Made by a program: the position numbers and the translations under genes. Under the pieces are notes generated by a model. That model was not told where the DNA came from, did not search any database, and worked only from the letters and a program-made list of their open reading frames with translations. Shown here piece after piece: positions 1 to 6,362 of a stretch of 10,277 nucleotides of DNA (its first letter is position 1; each line of letters opens with the position of its first letter). Source of the stretch: Candidatus Altiarchaeales archaeon IMC4 (GTDB taxonomy: Archaea > Altiarchaeota > Altiarchaeia > IMC4); NCBI GenBank assembly GCA_001742785.1, contig MCBF01000001.1, forward strand, positions 873,303-883,579. Direction: 5' to 3'.

Positions 1-621
1 GTTTGAAATCAGCCGCGATTTTCCATCCCGCCTTCGGAACTCGCACGGGACTTCAATAACCTTGAGCCCTTTGTTCGCGGCCTGTATTATGGTCTCCTGA
101 ACGTAGGTGTAATTGAAGATCGTATTTAGTCTTAGTGCCGCTTCCCTTGAGAATGCCCTGAAGCCTGTTTGCGAGTCACTTAACGCAATCCCTGAGGCCC
201 CGCTAGTAACTCTTGTCATCAATTTATTCCCGATTCTCTTGTGCAGTGGCATGTATTCTATGCTGCCCTTGAACCTTGAACCCAGAACAATGTCTGCCCC
301 ACCATCTAACAGCGGTTCGATAAGTTTCGGTATCTCTTTTGGATTGTATTGGCCGTCGGCGTCTATGTTCACTATTATGTCGGCATTCATCTCCAAGGCC
401 GTATCAAGACCCTCGCGGAAAGCATTCCCCAAGCCGATATTCCTCTTTAGGTCTATGACTCTGGCTCCGGCTTCTTTTGCTATCTCTGATGTTTTGTCCG
501 TAGAACCGTCGTTTATAACCAGGACCTCGACTTTTTCTGCCGCATTTCCGGGTATTTCCTTAATAACCTCGGTTATTGTCCGCTCCTCGTTATGCGCGGG
601 TATCATCACTACGAGTTTCAT
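1..621 (-). CDS. Glycosyltransferase family 2, dolichol/polyprenol-phosphate sugar synthase-like (3' end outside window)
   Basis: Not in the ORF track; translated by hand from ATG at 621: MKLVVMIPAHNEERTI...VLVINDGSTDKT...NIGLGNAFREG...IIVNIDADGQYNP...DIVLGSRF...SDSQTGFRAF, open to the window edge. These are canonical DPM1-like GT2 motifs (IPxxNE, DGSTD, DxD, GSRF, DxQxGFR). Confidence 0.93.
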   Translation of the reverse strand, partial: MKLVVMIPAHNEERTITEVIKEIPGNAAEKVEVLVINDGSTDKTSEIAKEAGARVIDLKRNIGLGNAFREGLDTALEMNADIIVNIDADGQYNPKEIPKLIEPLLDGGADIVLGSRFKGSIEYMPLHKRIGNKLMTRVTSGASGIALSDSQTGFRAFSREAALRLNTIFNYTYVQETIIQAANKGLKVIEVPCEFRRRDGKSRLISN

Positions 622-670
622 TGTAATACATTAGGAGAATATGATTAATGTATAGACCTAAATAATAACG

Positions 671-2464
671 ATGCACAGAAAAAAAATCCGGAAGTTTTTG
701 GGGTGGTTTGAAAAGAACCCGTATGATGCATTCACAGCAGTGTTTATCGCAATGTTCACCATGCTTCTGCTCCAGAACGTTCACGAGGGGCTGGCCGTTA
801 CAGACGAGGCGACTTATCTGCTGATGGCAGATGCCTTTTCGAACGGGAACTTTGAGATATGGAACGGCTATGAAGAAACGCCTGCAAATGAACTTGTCAT
901 TGGATGGACTACTGTACAAAACGGGAAACTGTATGGGGCTTATCCCATGCTTTATCCGGTTATCGTTTACCCGTTCTACAAGATTTTTGGATTTATTGGA
1001 TTATTCATAGTAAATGTCGTTTCTTTTGCTATTGTACTCTGGCTCATCTACCTGTTGTGCAATCTGCTCTTGGGGGATAAACTGCTGTCTTCGTTTGCCG
1101 TTGTGACATATGCATTTTTTACCTATGCGATGAAATTTTCCATAGAGCTGTGGCCGCACTCACTGTCCTTGTGTCTTGTGCTGGCTTCTGTTTTTCTGGT
1201 TTTGAGGTCGTTTTATGCCAATGGCTCGCTTTTCCTTGCAGGGCTTTTATCAGGCACGGCGATAGGCATAAGGTACACGGATGTGCTGTTCTCAATGGTT
1301 CTGTTCATATTTATCATGTTCAAATTCCGCAGGGGTTTGGCCTCATTTTCAGCAGGACTGTTTTTGCCGGTATTCCTGCTCTTATCCGCAAATTCATATG
1401 TTTACGGAAGCCCTTTCGGAACCGGCTACAGTGGTGTTTCGATGCAAGTAGTTTACGCTGCAATTGCACTTTTTGTTTTAACTGCGGCCTTCATGTCCAA
1501 GGTCAGTATCCGTTTCTCTTTTTTAATTTTTATCGCTCTTGGAATAACCCTGTCGTACGCCCTAAGTTTGGATTTGACTATGTATACAAGGGTCCTATAC
1601 GCAGATGTCGTTGACATAGGGGCTTTCCCGGAACAAGGGCAAGGGGTCTGGTGGTACAAGAAATCTTTGCTGCAGTCTACCCCATTATTTATTCTCGCGT
1701 TGATCGCTCCGGTTATGATGCACCGCAGAAAAGTCAACAAGGATACTATCCTTATTCTCGTAATTCTTTCTGTCATAGAGCCATTATTTTTTTCAACGAG
1801 AATGCACCACGGCGGCGATGTGCTTACGATGCGCTACCTTCTGGAAGCAACGCCATTTCTGGCAATAATGAGTTGTTATGTAATAAGGAATTCGATTCGG
1901 TTGGAAAATTTCGGAAGGTGGGAAATTTTCATTGCCATCGGCACTTTCATGGCGCTGGTATTCGCATCTATGCTCGTTCTCGACCCGGACCAGTTCATAT
2001 ACTCCTCTATCTTTGTATTCAGGGTATTGCCCCTGATAATAGCGGCTCTGCTCTTGATAACCGTTCTGTGTGGAAAGAGGGCAGCCCCGGTTTTGTTCTT
2101 TTTGCTGATATTTGCCTATTCCTATTGTTTCCTTACTGCAGTCACTGACCTTGTGGAATCTTCAGGGGCAAGGTATGAGAATATGTTCAAAACCGCAGAG
2201 CTTTTGGGTGGAATCGAAGACAATTCTCTGGTCATGTTCGGCAACTCAACTGATATTATGTTCACAGCGCCGGCAAAACTTGAAAAGGGGGTTCGTGTGG
2301 CGTATCTACAGAAGGGCACCAGTTCGCTGGAGTTCTACAAAAGAGGGATTCATAGGTACGTGGTGGTGGAAAAGGAATATGATATAGAGGGAATTCTGTT
2401 GCCCCTTGGATATAATTATAGCATTGTGGAAACGGAGAATCTGAAGATAGCAGAATTAAAATAA
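671..2464 (+). CDS. Polytopic membrane glycosyltransferase, GT-C fold (PMT/ArnT-like)
   Basis: 597 aa with many hydrophobic segments, a DE motif after the first TM helix (AVTDEATYLLMA), a later RYLL motif and a soluble C-terminal tail. Divergent from the GT2, 49 bp between start codons. Confidence 0.75.
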   Translation: MHRKKIRKFLGWFEKNPYDAFTAVFIAMFTMLLLQNVHEGLAVTDEATYLLMADAFSNGNFEIWNGYEETPANELVIGWTTVQNGKLYGAYPMLYPVIVYPFYKIFGFIGLFIVNVVSFAIVLWLIYLLCNLLLGDKLLSSFAVVTYAFFTYAMKFSIELWPHSLSLCLVLASVFLVLRSFYANGSLFLAGLLSGTAIGIRYTDVLFSMVLFIFIMFKFRRGLASFSAGLFLPVFLLLSANSYVYGSPFGTGYSGVSMQVVYAAIALFVLTAAFMSKVSIRFSFLIFIALGITLSYALSLDLTMYTRVLYADVVDIGAFPEQGQGVWWYKKSLLQSTPLFILALIAPVMMHRRKVNKDTILILVILSVIEPLFFSTRMHHGGDVLTMRYLLEATPFLAIMSCYVIRNSIRLENFGRWEIFIAIGTFMALVFASMLVLDPDQFIYSSIFVFRVLPLIIAALLLITVLCGKRAAPVLFFLLIFAYSYCFLTAVTDLVESSGARYENMFKTAELLGGIEDNSLVMFGNSTDIMFTAPAKLEKGVRVAYLQKGTSSLEFYKRGIHRYVVVEKEYDIEGILLPLGYNYSIVETENLKIAELK

Positions 2465-2488
2465 AGGAAAAGAAAAACGTCCGTGGCT

Positions 2489-3070
2489 TTAAGATTTGCT
2501 CTCCACGAGTTTTAAAATCGCTTTTGTGAGTTGCTGGAGTGTGTGGCCTATGGAATCCATCTTGTCGTACACACGCGTTTGCGATGAGTCGCAAACGGTG
2601 TCCTGCAAACTCACGGTTTGCATGATTTTGTCGTATTTTGTGTCCATTCGGCTAAAGTCGTCATCTGTTTTTACGAAGCCGTTGCGAACATCCATTGCGA
2701 CATTGTCTATCTTGCCACCGAGGTTAGTATTCATCTTCTTCATATATCTGGCGGCGGTCGCCATTGGCTCAAAACTCGCCTTCGTCATGTCATCCTCCCA
2801 GATAATCTCAAACGTCGTGAACTCACCGGTCGGTTTCGAATAGCTTACAGTAGTGCCCGTTGCGTTTATCGGGTATTGTTTTATCTTTATCTTCTCTACA
2901 AAGTTTTCTATACTATCCTTGTCTCCCTCGCAGATTACCTTAACCGTTCCGTCATCGAGATTCCGGGCATTCCCGACAAGGTCAAGGTCAAATGCCTGCT
3001 ATCCGATGTGGTCCCTATACCCTGCCTGCTGAACTGCCCCTTTAACGATTATCTCGGCTCTTGTTTTCAT
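2489..3070 (-). pseudogene. Acylphosphatase-domain plus coiled-coil protein, paralog 2, interrupted by an in-frame TAG (2999-3001) and a 54-nt hairpin insertion
   Basis: Hand translation from ATG 3070: MKTRAEIIVKGAVQQAGYRDHIG*QAFDLDLVGNARNLDDGTVKVICEGDKDSIENFVEKIKIKQYPINATGTTVSYSKPTGEFTTFEIIWEDD, continuing in frame into the track ORF 2489..2788. It aligns with 3118..3699; the TAG falls on a Glu position of the paralog. Confidence 0.88.
2570..2623. repeat. Double-hairpin module inserted in frame in acylphosphatase paralog 2
   Basis: CGTTTGCGA-TGAG-TCGCAAACG (2576-2597, extendable by ACAC/GTGT) followed by TGCAAAC-TCACG-GTTTGCA (2604-2622). Encodes MQTVSLQDTVCDSSQTRV inside a coiled coil. Boundaries uncertain by about 1 nt. 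Confidence 0.82.
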
Positions 3071-3075
3071 TCAGG
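3039..3075. repeat. 37-bp exact direct repeat, copy A (5' end of paralog 2)
   Basis: cctttaacgattatctcggctcttgttttcattcagg is identical to 3668-3704; looser similarity continues to about 3120 and 3759. Confidence 0.95.
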
Positions 3076-3083
3076 TTGGTTTT

Positions 3084-3119
3084 AAAAAATAAAGAAAAAG
3101 AAACGGCCAAGAGGCCGTT
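3084..3119 (-). terminator. Hairpin plus oligo-T terminator-like element after acylphosphatase paralog 1
   Basis: Minus strand AACGGCC-TCTT-GGCCGTT overlapping the TAA, followed by TCTTTTTCTTTATTTTTT. Confidence 0.7.
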
Positions 3120-3699
3120 ATGATTTACTTTTTAAAATCGCACCTACAAGTTCTTTTATTGATTGCCTTGTCTCTTTTCGTTCCCTCACAAGTTCCTCAA
3201 AGATTCTGTTCATGTTCTGGGAAATTATGTCGTATTTTATGTTAAGGGTGTTGAAACTGTCCTGTGTTGTGGTTGTAAGATTGCCGATTTTTTCTATTGT
3301 TTGATCCTGCTTTTCAAGCATCTGGTCTTGTTTGCCGAGCATTTCATTTTGCCCTTTCACAAGATGCTTCAGGTGCATTGCGGCGACACCAATCCTTTCA
3401 AAACCTTCCTCATCAAAATTGCCATATTTTATATCAAAATACTCAAACTCCCCGGTTGGTTGCGCAAACTTGACAGTTACATCAATTACCTTTATCATCG
3501 GGTCATCTTTTGGTTTGAGAATTTTTATGAACTTTTCAAGTGTTTCCTTTTCGCCTTCAGCGATTATCCTCACGTTCCCGTCCGGCAGGTTTTCCGTAAA
3601 TCCGCCTATGCCAAGTTCATTGGCTATCTCGGCGGCAAAATCCCTATAGCCGACTCTCTGTACTCGTCCTTTAACGATTATCTCGGCTCTTGTTTTCAT
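3118..3699 (-). CDS. Acylphosphatase-domain protein with C-terminal coiled coil (paralog 1, intact)
   Basis: N-terminal GRVQRVGYR and ENLPDGNV motifs (catalytic Arg and Asn of acylphosphatases); C-terminal heptads KGQNEML-GKQDQML-EKQDQTI. Confidence 0.9.
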   Translation of the reverse strand: MKTRAEIIVKGRVQRVGYRDFAAEIANELGIGGFTENLPDGNVRIIAEGEKETLEKFIKILKPKDDPMIKVIDVTVKFAQPTGEFEYFDIKYGNFDEEGFERIGVAAMHLKHLVKGQNEMLGKQDQMLEKQDQTIEKIGNLTTTTQDSFNTLNIKYDIISQNMNRIFEELVRERKETRQSIKELVGAILKSKS

Positions 3700-3704
3700 T
3701 CAGG
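3668..3704. repeat. 37-bp exact direct repeat, copy B (5' end of paralog 1)
   Basis: Identical to 3039-3075, offset 629 bp. Confidence 0.95.
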
Positions 3705-3721
3705 GTGGATTTTAAAAGAAT

Positions 3722-3758
3722 AAATAAAATAAAGAAAAAGAACGGCCAAATGGCCGTT
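3722..3758 (-). terminator. Hairpin plus oligo-T terminator-like element after the pilin gene
   Basis: Minus strand AACGGCCA-TT-TGGCCGTT then CTTTTTCTTTATTTTATTT; near copy of 3084-3119. Confidence 0.72.
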
Positions 3759-3764
3759 ATTAAT

Positions 3765-4142
3765 TTAGTTACATACATCACCACATGAACTGCTAAAGGG
3801 CAGGTTTATCTCGAACCCGCCGCCGGAAGTTCCACCAACCGCCCAGTCTATTACGGCATATGCCACCAGAACAATTACCAAACCTAGTATGGCATGTATA
3901 ACCGATTCCTTCGCGCTCTTTCTGGCTCCAGGATCATCCCCTGATGCAGTCCATTTGATCCCCGCAAGAACGATTATTATAAGTGCTACGCCTGCTGCAA
4001 TACTATACAGTACGTTTAATAGCCTGCATATGATACAATTTACAACATCCGCAGCACTCTGTTGCGCCGAAACCATCCCGACAGTCATCAACATCAAAAT
4101 TCCCAGCGCGGCCAACGCCGCCATTTTTTGTTTGTTATCCAT
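3765..4142 (-). CDS. TrbC/VirB2-like (T4SS-pilin family) small membrane protein with signal peptide
   Basis: Signal peptide ending VSA-QQ, then two hydrophobic helices joined by AGIKWTASGDDPGARKSAKESVIHAILGL, the pattern typical of CPR/DPANN T4SS-pilin-like proteins. ATG 4142 is preferred to GTG 4151 because AGGTGA (SD-like) lies just upstream of it. Confidence 0.78.
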   Translation of the reverse strand: MDNKQKMAALAALGILMLMTVGMVSAQQSAADVVNCIICRLLNVLYSIAAGVALIIIVLAGIKWTASGDDPGARKSAKESVIHAILGLVIVLVAYAVIDWAVGGTSGGGFEINLPFSSSCGDVCN

Positions 4143-4192
4143 TTTTTTCACCTTTGTTTTTTATTTATTTGTTATGTTGGTGATTATAGGGA

Positions 4193-4208
4193 TTTATTAT
4201 ATATAAAT
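4193..4208 (-). promoter_or_regulatory. Putative archaeal TATA box of the pilin gene
   Basis: Minus strand ATTTATATATAATAAA, about 50-65 nt upstream of the ATG in an AT-rich spacer. Confidence 0.5.
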
Positions 4209-4220
4209 GGCATATAACCG

Positions 4221-5229
4221 TTATTCTCCGCGCGATTTCCTGTACTGGCCGACTATGTCCTCGATCCTGACGGACTCTTTCTCCTTCAGCCCCGCAAAAT
4301 CCTGTTTTGATATGTAGGCAACCGCCCCGAAACAGCGCACTGCCCCGTCACTGAATGCCACTATGCCCTGCTTTTTCAGTTCGTTCGCGTATTCTGCGGA
4401 AACGAAGACCGCATGCGCTTTTTTCAGGGATTTGATGTCATGCGCCCTTGGCGTTCTCTTCATCAGCGTCATGCCGGCATGCATCATGGGGAACACGCCG
4501 ACCGGCAGTATCTCGCCGTCGGCCGCCCTTGCCCACAAATCCTGCATCAGTTCTATGCCCTTGAGTTTTTTCCTCAGGTTCTCGATTTTGTAATTCGGAG
4601 AATTACAAAGCCATGGAATCCTACAGGATTTCAATGTCGTGCCCTCAAGCCCCCTTATCTTTTCGTCTTTTTCGTCGAGTTCGCTTCGCATACGCGAAAC
4701 CTGCTTCTCGAGTTGTCTTATCCGCTTTTCCTCTGCGGAGAGCTCGGGTTCCGGGGCTGCCGCAGTCTCTTTTGCCTCGCGCTCCTCCCGTGCCGGCCGG
4801 GAAACGCTTTCTATCGGCCTTCCCTGGAGAACCATGTGCTTTTGCTCGTCGGAGAGCCCAATGGAATCCATCTTCTGGATCCTGTTTTTAAGCTTCTTGT
4901 AAGCGTTTATGGCCGCCGCAAGCGCGTCCCTCTGGTGGGAATTCCCCCGGCCCGTATGGCTTTGTCATTGCGGTTTTTTCAGATATACCGAGGGGCTCTT
5001 GCGGGATGAAAGGCGCGGCTTGGAAAATCGCGGAAATCTTAGAAACAAAAGATGGCGCGGGGCAAACGTCCGTAGCTATCACGGAGGGCGTCCCCAGAGA
5101 GATTATCTTCTCGGTCGTTTTCTTTATGCCCATCTCTTTTGAGCTCGAAAGAAAAACAAGATTGCCGTTAAAATCAAGCGCTGCTATTGCGGTCGTCGTC
5201 CCGGGGTCAATTCCGATTATGAGGTGCAA
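4221..5229 (-). pseudogene. DUF460-domain (RNase H-like fold) plus coiled-coil protein, split by a one-base frameshift at the C5 run 4944-4948
   Basis: N-part: LIIGIDPGTTTAIAALDFNG...IATDVCPAPSFV...SEK. Removing one G from minus-strand CCGGGGGAAT gives PYGPGNSHQRDALAAAINAYKKLKNRIQK, which joins MDSIG (ORF 4221..4871). HxRDALAAA is the conserved DUF460 motif. The lesion may be a sequencing error. Confidence 0.85.
4587..4637. repeat. Double-hairpin module inserted in frame in the DUF460 coiled coil
   Basis: TTTGTAATTC-GGA-GAATTACAAA (4587-4609), GC, then the imperfect CATGGAATCC-TACA-GGATTTCAATG (4612-4636). The 51 nt encode TLKSCRIPWLCNSPNYK. Confidence 0.85.
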
Positions 5230-5248
5230 TTTTCGGTACCAAGAACCG

Positions 5249-6331
5249 TTATACTTTCCTCAAGTCCACGATGTCTTCGGGCTCGGGCCCTGTGGATATG
5301 AGAGTTACACTCACGCCGACCTTTTTCTCTATCAGGCGTATGAAGTCCATGCACTTTTTGGGCAGGTCTTCCAAGTGCTGTTTCCGGTAGCACTCCGGGA
5401 AAATCTTGTCGATGCACGTTACCCCTATCTGCGTCGCCCCGTTTATCATAGCCGCACGCTTTGCAAGCTCGAAATCGAAGTTTCCGACCCTGCGAAGCCG
5501 CTTTGTAACGGTGCCTTTTTCACCCAGAAGCTCTGCGATTTTTTCGTTTGCGTTTGCGCCCGGAAGTCCCTGTTTTTCTGCCTTTTCCAGAAGCCCCGCC
5601 CATATTGGGTACTTGCTTATGTTTTCATCGGTGATGAGCGACTGCATCGGGCCCTCGCCGACGCGCGTCATGTACGCCTTGTAGATTATGATGACATCAT
5701 CCACCTTTGTAGGGCCGATCCCTATGTCCACTGCAGCCATGCTGGCGGTGGTGTCCTTCGACGTTACGTAGGGGTAAGTCCCGTAATAAACCGAAAGCCC
5801 GAAACCCTGGCTACACTCCACTATCACGTCGCCGCCTGCCTTTATCGTTTTGTCTATCTCAAGCGGGACGTCCGCAATGTACGCTGAAAGCGCCGGCTCG
5901 TCGCGTGCGAGTTTCGCAGTCCTGTTCACGCGGTCTGCGTTTGCCGGCCCGCAGCCGCGTCCTGTCGTGCCTATCTTATTCTTCAAAAAACTGCTGCCTG
6001 CGTCCGCATCCCTGTGCTTCTGCTCGATTACCGTGCAGCGCTCGTCGATGAAAATCCTGCCCTTTGTCCCGGTTATTTCGACCTCCTCGAGAAAACGCTC
6101 TGTGTCAACCAAAACGCCGGCACCGATCAGAAGCTTCGAGTCGTCATTGACAAACCCGCACGGTATCATGCGAAGCCCGAATTTTTTGCCGTTTTTGTAA
6201 ACCGTGTGACCTGCGTTCGGGCCGACGCCAGCACGCGCGATTATCTCGGGGTTGTCTTTTTGTGCAATGTAGGAAACAATCTTGCCCTTGCCCTCATCAC
6301 CGAACTGCCCGCCGACAACTATGGTTACCAC
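5249..6331 (-). CDS. purA: Adenylosuccinate synthetase (short archaeal type)
   Basis: GGQFGDEGKGK, GPNAGHT, IGTTGRGCGPA, YGTYPYVTS, TRVGEGP and GTVTKRLRRVG motifs; GTG start. Confidence 0.97.
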   Translation of the reverse strand: MVTIVVGGQFGDEGKGKIVSYIAQKDNPEIIARAGVGPNAGHTVYKNGKKFGLRMIPCGFVNDDSKLLIGAGVLVDTERFLEEVEITGTKGRIFIDERCTVIEQKHRDADAGSSFLKNKIGTTGRGCGPANADRVNRTAKLARDEPALSAYIADVPLEIDKTIKAGGDVIVECSQGFGLSVYYGTYPYVTSKDTTASMAAVDIGIGPTKVDDVIIIYKAYMTRVGEGPMQSLITDENISKYPIWAGLLEKAEKQGLPGANANEKIAELLGEKGTVTKRLRRVGNFDFELAKRAAMINGATQIGVTCIDKIFPECYRKQHLEDLPKKCMDFIRLIEKKVGVSVTLISTGPEPEDIVDLRKV

Positions 6332-6362
6332 TTTTTAGTAGGTTTAAATATTGTAGAATGTA

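Noticed and set aside
113..634. Plus-strand 173-aa ORF and other antisense ORFs in the track (e.g. 3163..3723, 5006..5887, 6927..7568, 9470..9895)
   Set aside because: They are shadows of well-supported genes on the opposite strand and have no recognisable motifs.
2562..2635. TTGTCGTA direct repeat (2562-2569 and 2628-2635) as a target-site duplication for the hairpin insert
   Set aside because: Removing 66 nt breaks the heptad spacing while removing 54 nt preserves it, so the repeat more likely reflects native YDK-x-YDK coding. The 4587 insert has no such duplication. Not fully excluded.
3294..3356. KQDQML-type repeats in paralog 1 as a DNA tandem repeat
   Set aside because: They are degenerate at the DNA level and explained by coiled-coil heptads.
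3102..3759. Integron attC sites (TAAC...GTT after stop codons)
   Set aside because: The hairpins are only about 18 nt, far shorter than attC sites, lack L boxes, and no integrase is seen. The oligo-T tails fit terminators.
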